Below, in pieces: positions 1 to 13,379 of a DNA stretch of 64,000 nucleotides. The notes below the pieces were generated by a model, which worked only from the letters and a program-made list of their open reading frames with translations, had not been told where the DNA came from and did not search any database. The stretch lies in the NCBI RefSeq assembly GCF_006345805.1, contig NC_043008.1, positions 42,780,001-42,844,000 of the forward strand, written 5' to 3'. Every line of letters begins with the position of its first letter. Position 1 is the stretch's first letter. The DNA is from Octopus sinensis. Taxonomy: Eukaryota. The position numbers and the translations under genes are program-made.

Positions 1-634
1 TTACTTTCTGGGGGGTTTCTTTTGTAACAGTACATTTGTAAGTCAAATTGTGTGGCGGGAAAATAAAATTTTAAAAAATTGAATATTTGTAGGCGTATGT
101 AAAATCAATTTTATTTTTTTTTGTTTCAGTCGATTTGTTCGTGCGAAATCCTCATCCTCAACATATTTGATGAGGTGATGTTTGGTGCGTAGCGACAGAG
201 GACGCTGTGGAAATTATTCCTGTTTTACGAGCAAAAAAAACAGAAAAAAATTAGAATAATTTCTCGGTGACATTGAAAATGAATTTCGAGTTTCAGGAGG
301 TTAAATATTGACTCCAGGTCACGCGAGTCAGTATGAGAAATACTCTTGGTTATATACACAGCGATAGAAATATGCATACATGCCAACAGAAGACACAAAA
401 ATACATGCGCAAATATATACATACATATATACGCAAAGACAAACACAAATACACAGAAAAAAATAATGTTTTAATGATTTTCTTCAAACTTAGTTATGCA
501 TCAAAGAAGATGATTGAAAATAGAAGAAATGGAACTAAGCAGACAGGTTTGGTAATCTCTTGAAATGGATCAAAATGGAAAATGATTAATTGATTAAAGA
601 TTTAATTGAGATTGATGCTATTCGCGTGTGTGCC

Positions 635-650
635 ATTATTATTATTATTA

Positions 651-731
<81 letters not shown>

Positions 732-774
732 GTTTGTTGTTGTTGTTATAATTATTATAGTTGCTGCTGTTATT

Positions 775-830
<56 letters not shown>

Positions 831-866
831 GTTTGTTGTTGTTGTTATAATAATTATAGTTGTTGC

Positions 867-955
<89 letters not shown>
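635..955. repeat. (ATT)n microsatellite with an internal ~99-bp higher-order duplication
   Basis: Near-pure ATT run; the interrupting motif tgtttgttgttgttgttataa...tagttg(c/t)tgctgtt occurs at ~731 and ~830. Confidence 0.97.
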
Positions 956-956
<1 letters not shown>

Positions 957-1990
957 CTAATGTCAGATTTAAGATACAGTTGATTGATTAAACAATGTAT
1001 TATACTGAACTGCTGCTGGATATTTCTAACTAAACACACACATTTCGTGTTCAATGCAAATTTACAGTTTATTTTTTAAGAAGTGTAATTGCTGATTTCT
1101 ATTTCTTACAATTACTGTTAAATTTAATGATTTTCATAGAGAATGGAAACTGGCATGGAAAGACAGTTAAATTCTTGGGAAAAACCAATCTCCGAACGAA
1201 TTCAATAAATTTAGAGAGCTTTAGGGGGAAAAAATGCTGATATCATTTTGATCCGAAAAAATAAACTAAAAGAAATGCGTGAATTTTGTTTCTCTCAGTG
1301 AAGATGTAATCCACCTGAAAAAATTCACTTAATATGTATCCTTGGAGAAATGCTATGTAGGCGTATAACAAAATAGGATAGTAGAATTCCCTAGATATAT
1401 ATATACACTTAGATATTAATATATATAATTGTGGTGGCTGAAATGTGTATGCGTTTATTAGTCAAGATGGTTCCCGGGACTGGTTTTTTACAAAGGATAC
1501 AGAAGCATAACGATTTCCATAAACTGAGATATTAGCTATAATGTTCGATATTCGATTCCAGTGGAACCAATTGCGGCCATGAGAAGAACTGAATTTGGTA
1601 TTTCATACGAAGGAACACTCGTCAGAGTTCAAAGTGCTGCCGCTGTTTACAACATGTACTTAGGTCGAGGGAAACGATTTCTAGTAACAGCATAGCACTT
1701 GTCTTTTTTGCGGCAGGCTACCTCTCGACTCATTCTTTCTCTCTCTCTTTATCTTTATGTCTCTCCACACACACCCACATATATACTATATATACTGAAT
1801 AAATCTATAGCTGATAGAAGATAGAATATTTAGTTTAAAAACTCCTTAAAGGAAAATCCCTATACAGTAGTTTTCTAACCCAATAGTCAACTTGCTATAA
1901 TTTATAACTTTATGTACTTCGAGTTACGCCGTTAAAGGCGATTTACGTCATATTTCTCAAAGGCTGGAAATGTGTATGAAGTAAACAATT

Positions 1991-2067
<77 letters not shown>

Positions 2068-2080
2068 CAGATAGATAGAT
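1991..2080. repeat. (GATA)n microsatellite
   Basis: Direct tandem repeat. Confidence 0.98.
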
Positions 2081-3109
2081 TAGGGAAAGAAAAAAGAAAG
2101 AGAGAGAGATAGTGTATGCGTGTGTTCTGGTTGTGTTCACATCACTTGCGATCCGGCACAGTATGTTATTGCTATCAATAATCTCTCCCTGACGATACGG
2201 ACTGATAATATTATCCAATCATATTGATTGCTAAAAATTTATTTAATACTCCTCAGCTGATAGCGAACTCATTAACGACTCCAATCCATCTCCAGTCGAT
2301 AACAAATCGACGATTGTTCAGCTGTAAAAACCATACACATTCTTAATACATTTATTCTTTTGTGGTGAATATGAAAAATATATTTTCCAGTGTTCATCAA
2401 AGCAATAAAAGTTCCTTTTATGTTGTGTAGAATATATATATTAATCTTCTATATTGTGGAGAATATATATTAATTCATTAACAGCAGAGAGCTTTATTTG
2501 TTCTAGTGAATGGGCAAGCAGTCTTCCGAAGGAAGATTCTGCACATTCTCCGTGACCATCACACTGTATTTGCCTCGATTTAAAGGACTTATTTCTTTCA
2601 GCAAGCGTAACGTTGGCTATGGTTATTTAACTTTCTCAATTCCCTGTATGACGGTTCGGGGGCAGAGACGGGGGTCTCCCCAATTTACCTTAGATAGACG
2701 CCATAAAGGCAAACTCTTCCAATGATAGTCTTAAGATCAGCAAGCCACGAAGAAACAGTTTTATATTAAATTTTTATCGGTTACCATGGCATGGAGCATA
2801 AAACTGAACCCTGTGGAATTTCGTCGCAAAGACTTGAAGTCTTTCGGTAAATGCAGTAGCGTTCCTTTGTTACTCCCAGGAATATTGCTAGTGGAGTGTT
2901 GCTAGTGGGCCGACTTAATCGATGTAACCTCTGCCAACAAAATGTAAGATCTTACAGTAAAAATAATTATTGAGTTTTTGAGAAATGGACATGAGATAAA
3001 ATATTAGGTCACCAAACAGCATCTTTGTAGCACAGATTCTTGTAACAGTAACTGCGAGTAACAGATGCTTTTGCGAGGGATAGGCAGATCCAAGCTAATC
3101 CGCTTATAG

Positions 3110-3460
3110 ATTGTGATTATCCGCAATTAAACTAGATAAATGTAGAAAGTGAAACAGGCTTTGCAGTGCTGGGAGGTCACTGGTGGTCTGCTGGGATTGA
3201 CGACAAGTAGCTTGCTCTTGTCTTGTGCAGTCCGCGTTCCCTTTGTCTCCCTGCAATTTTGTTCTGTTCGTAAGAGGTAGCATCTTTGTTGGTGCAGCTT
3301 CCACACGAGGGTCAGTCTTGAGTTTGCACTTCGCAGGTATCGGGATCGATCTCATGGCTCCTCTTTATTAAGGTTTTGAGTGTATTTTTGGAGCGCTTTT
3401 TCTGTCCACCTTTCGTGCGCTTGCCTTCCGTCAGTCAATATAAGACTATTTCTTGGAGGA
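3110..3460 (-). mobile_element. RTE-clade LINE, degenerate 3' end of the ORF
   Basis: Minus-strand translation LTEGKRTKGGQKKRSKNTLKTLIKRSHEIDPDTCEVQTQD*PSCGSCTNKDATSYEQNKIAGRQRERGLHKTRA matches the RTE C-terminal pattern L.EGKR..GGQKKR.KDTLK....IDP.TWE..AQDR..WR......YE..RI. Confidence 0.85.
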
Positions 3461-3505
3461 GAGAATGTAAGTTATAACTTCTTTACTCCTGACAGAGTGA
3501 CAGAA

Positions 3506-3541
<36 letters not shown>

Positions 3542-4465
3542 AAGAGAAAGAAGGAGAGAGGGAAAGAAGGGAGCAATGGAAAAAAACTATGCAAGAATTA
3601 CTTCAGGCATCTGAACTGAGGAATATTCACTTCGATGTTTTAATTCTTTCACGTAGAATTTAAATATTTCCACATACGAAATAATTTTCACACTGTTGAA
3701 TGACATTTATCTTGAATTCTACATTTCTATATTTAATTCTTTATTCATATATTTACTTATTTATCAATTCATTTTGTAATGTTATCGTTCTGATCGATAT
3801 CTTTGTGAATGCTGCTGATAACACTGTAGTTTATATTGATTATAGGTCCGTGATATCGATACGAATTTCATTTTTAATCATTCATATGTTATAAAGATCC
3901 CTGTTTGGATAACAGTGGTAAAAGAAATCTCATATGAAGCACAAAACAGTATTGCCAAAGAAAAAAAAACAAGACGTTCTGTTAGTTTGTTCTTGGGTGA
4001 GCGTGAAATTATTGAATCGAAGCCTCCAGACAAAAGCTATATTTTACAAACTTTAAATCTTTACAAACTGTGCATAATTGATTCCATTACAGCTTTTGTT
4101 TGCCACATGCTGCATCACTGCATCAACAGCTTTTAGACAATTCTAAACCACTTTAACTCCAATTTAGAAATCAATCATACATTGTAAAATGGAAAGTTCT
4201 TACACTCCTGACATTTTCCAGAAGCTTCAGTAGAATAAGTCGAGTGAAAAAGATTTATATGCAAAATCAAAAGTGGAATGCAGACTTGACATGTCTGGAA
4301 AATGTCTCTACGCTATGGCTGACAGCATAAATCGTTTAACAGTATTTATGTTTTACGTTTTTATAATTGGAAATTAGAAAAAAAGAGAGAATTGTCCTTT
4401 CTGTGCTCTCTTCCATGGATAAAATGGAAGTTGCTAATGTTTGCTTTTAATATATGGAGAGACAC

Positions 4466-4630
4466 GGGCAGCGAGCGGACAGAGTCGTTAGAGCGCCTGA
4501 GTCGGATTTTACGTTTTGAGATCAAATGCCATTACGTTCGACTTTGCTTTTCAACTTTTCTGGATCGATAAAATATAACAGATTTACTCCCTCCCACGAA
4601 AGTGTGGGCCCTGTGCCAAAATTTGAAACA
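4466..4630 (+). mobile_element. SINE family A, degenerate copy
   Basis: Diverged match to 50623 copy (ggcagcgagc..gttagagcgcc..gactttgcttttc..gatcgataaaat..ggccctgtgccaaaatttgaaac). Confidence 0.7.
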
Positions 4631-4859
4631 AATATATGGAGGCATGTGTTTACAGGAAAAGAGTGAACCGGTGGGATTTTTCAGGTCCTGGCATAGAAGG
4701 AACCTAAAAGTATGTGGTGTGAGATACAGAAATGCACAGTAAGGGTTACTGCACAGGAACTGATTGGTGTGTCAAGGTGAGGTGCCGGTACGTTTGGATA
4801 ACCCATAGTTGAAACAGTATGTTGTAATAGAGTTCAAAGAAACACAGAGAGAGTGTGTG

Positions 4860-5192
4860 TGCGTGAGTGAGTGAGTGATGAGTGAGTGAGTGAGTGAGTG
4901 AGTGAGTGAGTGAGTGAGTGAGTGAGTGAGTGAGTGAGTGAGTGGGTGGGTGAGTGGGTGAGTGAGTGAGTGAGTGAGTGAGTAAGTGAGTGAGTGAGTG
5001 AGTGAGTGAGTGAGGAGGTGAATGAGTGAGTGAGTGAGTGGGTGAGGAGGTGAATGAGTGAGTGAGTGGGTGAGTGAGTGAGTGAGTGAGTGGGTGAGTG
5101 AGTGTCTGAGTGACTGAGTGACTGAGTGAGTGAGTGGGTGAGTGAGTGAGTGAGTGAGTGAGTGAGTGAGTGAGTGAGTGAGTGAGTGAGTG
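4860..5192. repeat. (GTGA)n microsatellite
   Basis: Direct tandem repeat with GTGG/GAGG variants. Confidence 0.97.
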
Positions 5193-5984
5193 AAACAGTG
5201 CTTCAGAAAGACAATGTATCTTGAGGGAGAATGAATAATTGCCTATCAGTTAATCGAATATCGATAAAATTTGATATCGTACCAGGTAATTTGTTCAATT
5301 CACATGAACAGTACTGCAATGTGAGTCTTAGGCGCGAGCTTATAAATAAACGTTAGTGGCGTGAAGAATGTAGATTGTGTGACGTTCATGCTGTTATGGG
5401 CTTAGAGAAATTTAATTGGCTTCTACTGGATTCAATTTATTGAAAACACAGAGTTTACGCTTCGCTGATTCTAGCAATATTTCCAACGAAATACAAACCA
5501 AATCAAAACAGCAACCATTTATACATTGTGATAATCAATTTCATTATTCAAATAGAAAAATAAATTAAATTTTGCAATTTATTTGTAAAATGCAATTTAT
5601 TTTTAAAAGACACTCTTAAATTCGACATGGTTCTTACTAACGTTGTTTGCACCAGCATTTTCCAAATATTCTTGTTATATTTTGATAGATTTTCCTCTCA
5701 TAGATGGTGTCCTTGTGCTTCAGCATTTGAAGTGTCCATGCCGTTTGAAGATCTTCCCGTTACATATTGGAAGCACTTTAAAATTACCAGCATGCTGTTA
5801 ATGCGCCAGTTTGCAGAAGCAAAATATTGATTTTGCCAACGAAGTTTTGTTTTTGTTCAATTTTTACCTACGTGAAATATGCATGAATTGCGGTGATTCG
5901 AGATAAGAACCAGAAACTCATTCTTATTTTGGTTTTCATTTCAAAATTACATTCACATTATTATTGTTGTAATTTTATATGCAT

Positions 5985-5988
5985 ACAC

Positions 5989-6052
<64 letters not shown>

Positions 6053-6117
6053 TATATATATATACATATTCAACTATAGATGTGTGCGTTTGTATGTATG
6101 TATGTATGTATGTATGT

Positions 6118-6190
<73 letters not shown>

Positions 6191-6198
6191 CAGACAGA
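5985..6198. repeat. Compound (CATA)n/(TA)n/(TATG)n/(GATA)n microsatellite
   Basis: Direct tandem repeats. Confidence 0.95.
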
Positions 6199-6675
6199 TG
6201 ATATCTGATCATTTATTAATGTGTACTTTTCTGATCTAATTAAAATTAATTATGTCGCAATGCAATTAATTAAAATATAAGCTGACATTCATTGAAAATC
6301 TAGCATAGGACTTTTTTCAATATATTTTAAGGAGATAATGAGATGCCACAAATAAAGATTTAATAATAAATAAATCTAATGTGTGCTGGGGTGGGAAGGT
6401 GTCTACAAGGCAGTTTTTCAAGACGAATATTTGAGGATTTTCAAAGTTCATTCTAGGATGCATTTTATTTTATTTCAATTTGAGTCTTTTTTAAAAAACC
6501 TTCATTTCAATGCATAAATCACGTGCTTCTCTGTTATAGATATTTAACTTCAAGTCGCACGTATTTGGGTGCATAAATCATGAAAGGTAATCCAGCGTGA
6601 CCAACGCATAGGATGAAAAATATTGCAATGTGGGCATCTGATGTTTTCCGTTCCTTAAAGTATTATACTCTGGCC

Positions 6676-6960
6676 TGGCCTAGTGGTTAAGGTGTAGCTC
6701 TCACGATCTACCGACTTTGAGTTCGATTCTCAGATTGGGTTAGGCATTGTGTTCTTGAACAAAACACATCACTTCAAATTGCTCCGGTCCACTCATCTTT
6801 AAATGTTTAACCCTGCGACGGAACAGCCTTCTCATCATGGGAATAGCCTTCTGATCCTGCTTGCTTAGCCATCGGGGTGGCATTATTCGAAAATTAAAAG
6901 CGATACGAAGCGCATTGTGACCAGCGATGTATAACAACATAAGATAATCTGGTCGATATC
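6676..6960 (+). mobile_element. tRNA-derived SINE family C
   Basis: A box tggcctagtggttaagg and B box gagttcgattctc, then central gtgttcttgaacaaaacac...ttgctccggtccactca shared with the 27900 and 42124 copies. Confidence 0.75.
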
Positions 6961-8368
6961 ATGATATCGTGATGCTATGACCTATATTATATTAAAGAGA
7001 GTAGTGTGCCATTTTATGGGTATTTACCTGCTATGTCTATCAAGAGGAGTAACCGAGGAGAATTCTGCTCCATGTATATGTTACAGATTCGAGACACTTA
7101 ACTGTGTGATATTCATACCATTTCTGACATACACGAAGTCGTGTGACAACAACCATGATTAGAAACCTTATCGCGGTTTCCAATAGCTTTAAGCTTCGGT
7201 TTATACAAAATCATTTTCCTATTAAATATACTAAAACATGATACCAGAAGGTAGATTGCCAACGACAGACAAACTAAGATACGTTTGCCTGAGGTGAACA
7301 TAGAAATGAAGAATCATGGATGAGACTTTTCTCCTCTTCCATTTCATCTTTTCTTCAGATTCTACAGATTAACAGGAAGTAAGAAGCCAAAGTTAACTTA
7401 TCTTTTTTTCTTTATTGACCTTTCATTGTAAATAAACCAAATATTTTCTTATTTCGTCGTTTTCAACGACAAATATTTTAAACTACATGTGTGATTCGTC
7501 TTCAAGCTAGACATAGTTTTAAAACTTTCTCTCTTTTCTTGTCTATCTTCTCTCTTTCTCCTATCTCTCTCTCCCTCCGGCTCTCTCTCTCTCTCTCTCT
7601 CTTTCATTCTCTCTTTTCCAGCTCTATCTCATTCTTGTTCTATGTTTCTTATTCTGGCCATATCTCTACCAACAAAACAAAACATTCAACATACAATTCA
7701 TTCCAGAAATGCTAATCTGATTTTCACGCAAAAGCTTCCATTTTATCTCGCTTCATCCTTCAGGCGAATTTCACGTTTATCTAGCTAACTAACACGGAAG
7801 ACATGCTTTGCAAATTTTCTTCGCTCCACCCATCATTTGCTTAAACAACTGATAGCTTTTTTTGTTTTAATTTTCTCCTATGTTTGTCGAACTATGTATA
7901 TATATATGTTTGTTTCGTTTTCAGTTGTCCTCTTACTAATGTTGACTGCATATAAAATCTATTTACATTCAATTAACAATCATGACAGCCTCGCTATTGC
8001 CTTCTACTCTTCGTATTCAGCCCTAAAGCCTCGGGACAACTTACTAATTACAACCTTCTAATCAGCTCCGAACGAACGAAACTGATCTATTTATATAAAT
8101 ATTTTCCCATAAAATGATTTCACAAACACGAACGCTCAACACAACCATTTATAGAATTTTATACAAAATTGCATCACATTGATCGCAGATCACCAACAGA
8201 CCACTTATTAGTATACAGAAATATTTCATGAATATCCGATATTCGTGTTTCGTTTGTAACGTCCCACTATGCATAAGTCAAATAACCAGAAGTGCTTTTG
8301 GATTACGGTAGGCATCATATTACTAATATATTATACATTACATGGGGTGTAGATTATATGGCTTATAC

Positions 8369-8378
8369 TAGATAGATT

Positions 8379-8435
<57 letters not shown>

Positions 8436-8498
8436 GTAGGTAGGTAGGTAGGTAGGTAGGTAGGTAGGTAGGTAGGTAGGTAGGTAGGTAGGTAGGTA
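8369..8498. repeat. (GATA)n-(GGTA)n compound microsatellite
   Basis: Direct tandem repeat. Confidence 0.97.
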
Positions 8499-8563
8499 AA
8501 GAGAGAGAGAAGAGAAAGAGAAAGAGAAAGAGACATACGAACAGATGGTCAGATGATCAGACA

Positions 8564-8934
8564 CAGAGGTCAATAACAAGAAAGGTAGACAGCATGACAG
8601 ACATTGACTTTTGGGGTCGACTAAACAAACTCAGTCTCTACTCTCTCCAATGCTGCTGGGAGCGTTACATCAGATGTGTGATGTGGAAAAACGTCCATCA
8701 ATATTGCACAAATTATGTTGCTATCAATTTTAAAATACAATCAAGACTTGGCCCCTGTGCAATCCTCCCACTACAAAAATCGAACTCAGGACACATAACA
8801 ACATTACGCCTCAACTACTTTACCTCAACCGGTCCAGCTCTCTTTAATACCATATAACGTCAAAATACGTCAAAACGGAAATGGATCCCATAAAATTCAA
8901 AAGTTCACTGGACAAATTTCTTCAATATATATAT
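8564..8934 (+). mobile_element. CR1-like LINE, post-RT C-terminal fragment
   Basis: QRSITRKVDSMTDIDFWGRLNKLSLYSLQCCWERY...RLGP...ITTLRLNYFTSTGPALFN...FKSSLDKFL matches the CR1-group motif QR.FT..I.....YW.RL..L.LYSLQRRRERY...GP.LFN...FK..LD.FL. Confidence 0.82.
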
Positions 8935-9480
8935 TAAAAACCCCGAAGTCCGCCAAATACCACTGAGTAATCATCTGGCAACATGGGGTCGGAAAACTTT
9001 TATGATATTCCCATTTCATGAAAACTGAGAGAAAAGGACTTTATTGAGAAATTCAAACCCAAGCTTAACAAACAATGATTAAATTAATCTCATTTGGGGT
9101 TTAAAAATCTTATCTCTATAACAAAAACACAAAAATCTCTAAACAGTACTGCTGTCATCATTTCTAAATATAAACATTCAAAAATGATTTAGCATCATCT
9201 CTAAAAATAGTCAAACATCTACTACTGCTGTCCACAGGGACGTATTTAATGGACAAAAGACAGCCAGTCAATTACAGTTGAAACATTCCTGTCACAACCT
9301 GGGACCTTGAAGACTGCTTAAATGCAAGAAAGTATACTAGTCCCTTAATATTTGATATTCAATATTTCATCTGTTTAATAAGACAATCAAAACTTCATTT
9401 CCTTTTACTATATATATATTATTTATGCTATATATTCTACATTCTACATTAATATTATAAAGAATATAAATAAAACATAA
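8935..9480 (+). mobile_element. Penelope-like element: GIY-YIG endonuclease C-terminus plus 3' pseudo-LTR
   Basis: IKNPEVRQIPLSNHLAT...FMIFPF and (frameshifted) REKDFIEKFKPKLNKQ*, typical of a PLE endonuclease end; downstream region has a hammerhead-like fold at 9301-9344. Confidence 0.7.
9301..9344 (+). ncRNA. Minimal type-I hammerhead-like motif (one extra core base)
   Basis: gggac / cTTGAAGA / ctgc-ttaaat-gcaa / GAAA / gtatac / TA / gtccc: 5-bp stem I, palindromic stem III (agtatact). Confidence 0.5.
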
Positions 9481-9503
9481 AAAACAGAGTTGGAATTTCT
9501 TTG

Positions 9504-9506
<3 letters not shown>

Positions 9507-9582
<76 letters not shown>

Positions 9583-9595
9583 AATATATATATTA
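9507..9595. repeat. (TA)n microsatellite
   Basis: Direct tandem repeat. Confidence 0.97.
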
Positions 9596-9785
9596 AAATA
9601 GTGTACATTTAAACACAAAAGAAGACTACCCTGTAATAGGTAACTTTTACATGCTAGAAACAGCAGCCAATACGGCCAAAACCACGATTTAATAGCAGTT
9701 TTCGAAGGAATTTAAAAATAAAAACTTTTACCTTGTTATTTTTATTAGCGGTTATACCATGGTTTCGAATATATATGTATATATA

Positions 9786-9832
<47 letters not shown>

Positions 9833-9840
9833 ATATATAT

Positions 9841-10312
9841 ATATTGTTATATTTCGGAATGGTCATTTTTGCCAGTTTAGCCAATAAAAACACACGCACT
9901 ATATCTTTGGTGTTACTTTGCTTCAGTGTTATTTATTTTTTACATTAATCTTAATCTTATTTCGGCCAGAGTTCTTTCGTCACACTCCTGTGACTGCATC
10001 AGTGGTCCTTTGTTTTCTTCTCACTTATTTGTGTCTCTCCTTACTAACCGTCAGCCATTTTGTATTTCTATTGTATCAATAGAAATACAATAGAAATACA
10101 AAATGGCTGAAATACAAAAGAGACACAAATAAGTAAGAAAACCAAGGACCACTGACGCGGTCACAGGAGTGTGACGAAAGAACTCTGGCCGAAATAAGAT
10201 TAAGATTAATGTAAAAAATAAATAACACTGAAGCAAAGTAACACCAAATATATAGTGCGAGTGTTTTAATTGGCTAAACTGGAAAAATGACCATTCTGAA
10301 ATATAACAATAT
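9841..10312. repeat. ~470-bp near-perfect fold-back palindrome of a pLTR-like unit
   Basis: 9841-~10075 is the reverse complement of ~10078-10312 with few differences; each arm carries a hammerhead-like motif (9964-10008 minus, 10146-10190 plus). Confidence 0.93.
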
Positions 10313-10346
10313 CTGTTTCAACACACGACTTCACATAAAAAATCTT

Positions 10347-11022
10347 GCACAACAAATATTTAAACGTATATATGAAGCCTCCTCCTTCAAAAAACATCTA
10401 GATAGATGTCGGAACACTGATAAAAGCGTGACAGTCACAATTTAGGCCAATAAAAGAAATTTGAGTAATTTAAGGATTAAGGAAGCAATACTCATGCACA
10501 GACTAGCGCCCCAAATTAACAAGAGGCTGGAGGCTAGTAATCAATATAATATTTAGCTATATCTGGATACGTGTAGGTTCTTTTTTGATAATATGCACAT
10601 TTGTAGTTTATTACAAAAAAATGGGGAAGAGAAAAAAGAAGTGAAAAATGGAAGCTGCACGTATAATACATAGCTTAGCAGCATCGCTACGGATGTAGCA
10701 GCAGACACGAGATTGAGACATGGGTGACCTCATGCACTTCTCATGAGGAATTCCGGGAGGAGACTAGTGAGACCATTGCTGAGACGCTTCAAAAAAACAT
10801 TATAATAAAGAAAAGCCGTTGGTAAACCGATTATAGCGGCGACTCCATCTAAGAATATCTGAAGAAGGAATTATTTTCCAAAATATCATCTCAGACTATG
10901 GACAACTAAAATAACAAGAATTATATAGCCCATTGTTTATATTATACTACATTGTTGTACCATTCAAAGCTGTTTATTCTTTACAAACAATACATAATGC
11001 TTCAAGCGAACTACAATACTCT

Positions 11023-11025
<3 letters not shown>
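10347..11025 (+). mobile_element. Second Penelope-like element: GIY-YIG C-terminus plus 3' region
   Basis: AQQIFKRIYEASSFKKHLDRC...VTI*AN...NLRIKEAILMHRLAPQINKRLE (10347-10556) fits PLE R..EH...S...HL..C...IL.....L.I.EA..I....P.IN. Degenerate CTGAAGA-aggaa..ttcc-aaaa at ~10859. Confidence 0.7.
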
Positions 11026-11069
<44 letters not shown>

Positions 11070-11082
11070 TATGCATACATTT

Positions 11083-11178
<96 letters not shown>

Positions 11179-11185
11179 ATAGATA
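11026..11185. repeat. (TA)n + (GATA)n microsatellite
   Basis: Direct tandem repeats. Confidence 0.97.
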
Positions 11186-12009
11186 AGAAGCTTGCATCTG
11201 GTTGAGAATAATTCTACGCTCAGTGAGACTGGATTGTTCTTTTATGTCCTTCAGTGTATAAAAATGGCGATATGTATTTGACTGCTATTTATGTTAAATA
11301 GTATCACAATATTTTCTTTCTTTTCAGAAAGCGACTTTCGCTGATGCGTGATAAACAGTAGAATATATTACGTTATAAAATAGTATGATGTCATATTGAT
11401 TCAATCACCTGCGAATCATGCAGTGCTAAACTAAGAATCAAATATAGACAGAAATTCTTAATTGAAATCTTATGAAAGCTATATTTAGACTATGTCTTAT
11501 ATAAGAAGTCTTCGTCAGGCTTCTAAAACGAAATCCCTGACTGTAAACTTATATTTGTTTCCGCTTTCATGTTGCTTGGATGTACAAGACTTACAGAATT
11601 ATGAGATCGTATGTGTGTGGATGCGCGTGTGTATACATGTGTGTGCCTGTGATTCTGTGTATTAATTAATTTAATATATTTAAGTGTTGGATAAACTCTT
11701 TAACAAAACATCTGCTTAAAGTTATGTTTTATAATTACGTAATTGCTTCATCAAATAAGAGATGTCTTCTGGAATTGAATTTTTGATGCAATTAAAGCTA
11801 ATTAAGGCCAAAGTTCTAAATGAATATTGAATATAGCATTCTGTTTATGGTATTCTTCTCTTCCATTGTTTCTCATTCTTCGGAATGCTCTCTGACTCTT
11901 TTCGCGTATGTCGATGTTAATAGCAGAAAACTAACTGAACGAATAAAGAGATTCATCTGGTCAATGCTTTCAATGGCAGTGTGAAAGGTTAATAAAAATA
12001 ATGCAGGAT

Positions 12010-12276
12010 TAATAATAATAACCTTAACAACAACAACAACAACACTAATAATAATAATAAAAATAATAATAATAATAATAAAAATAATAATAATATTATT
12101 ATAATACGAACATCAATAATAACAACAACAACGATAATAATAATAACAGCTATATAATATAATAATGATAATAATAATAGTAGTATTAAAAGATAGTGGT
12201 AATAAGGAAAATAGTAATAGTAATATTAAAAACGATAATGATGATGATGAAGATGATGATGATGGTGATGATGATA

Positions 12277-12314
<38 letters not shown>

Positions 12315-12393
12315 AAGGATGATGATAGTAAATATGATAATATCAATAATAGTAATGACGACGATGATGATGATTATGAAAGATGATGATACT

Positions 12394-12457
<64 letters not shown>

Positions 12458-12470
12458 TCAACAGTGATAG
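12010..12470. repeat. (TAA)n/(CAA)n/(GAT)n low-complexity tract
   Basis: Trinucleotide arrays. Confidence 0.95.
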
Positions 12471-12774
12471 GTGAAACAATAAAATTTCCCAAGAGTATTA
12501 TTTCTTTGAAATGCAAACTGAAATGTCACGGCGGACATAGTTAAAAGTTTGAGTGTAAACACCTTTATTCTTTAACACAAGAGCAATAACAGCAGCACGA
12601 ACAACAGCAGCAACAATTTTTAAGGTACTTCATGAGTGAGTGGTATTATTATCGTTTCATATCACGCCATCTTTGTTGCTCGGCGTTCATATTCCTCTTT
12701 TTTTTTATCTCTGACAAGTCATCGTCTGTCATTTGCGATATGAATGTCTTTTTATTGTATAAAAATATACATAT

Positions 12775-12800
12775 AGGTATGTATGTGTATGTATACATAT

Positions 12801-12888
<88 letters not shown>

Positions 12889-13120
12889 TGTGTATATGTA
12901 TATATATATACATATACTGTATGTGTATGTTTATATGTATATATAAGAATTATGAATGTATCGGTCTATGGTTATGGATATATATATACATACATGTGTG
13001 CATGTGTGTGTATATGTGTACATGTATGTCTACTTTTATATATATATATGTGTGTGTGTGTGTGTCAGTGTTGTGTGTGTGTATGTATGTATGTATATAT
13101 ATATAAATATATACATACGT
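12775..13120. repeat. (TA)n/(TG)n compound microsatellite
   Basis: Direct tandem repeats. Confidence 0.95.
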
Positions 13121-13379
13121 TTGCGTGCATAATGCCTTTGTTTTTGTATTATTTCTGTTTTTTATGCCCATACACATAAGAGTATGACTACATACCACAT
13201 ACATAGATAAATACAACCGTACATTTGCACTTATACACACACATACACACGCATACCAACACACGCACTCCCATACACCTCACACACAGACACACACATA
13301 ACTGCAAATATATCCACACGTTTTATTATTCATGATAATCTTGTTGATATCTTCATTGATGCAAAGGTGAATCACCCAT

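Noticed and set aside
606-960. Poly-Tyr and poly-Ile ORFs, and similar YI/VCMY/HTYI ORFs throughout the window
   Set aside because: Translations of microsatellites.
6676-6735. tRNA-like sequences (also 16411, 28170, 42124, 50623)
   Set aside because: A and B boxes are present but no cloverleaf; they are SINE heads.
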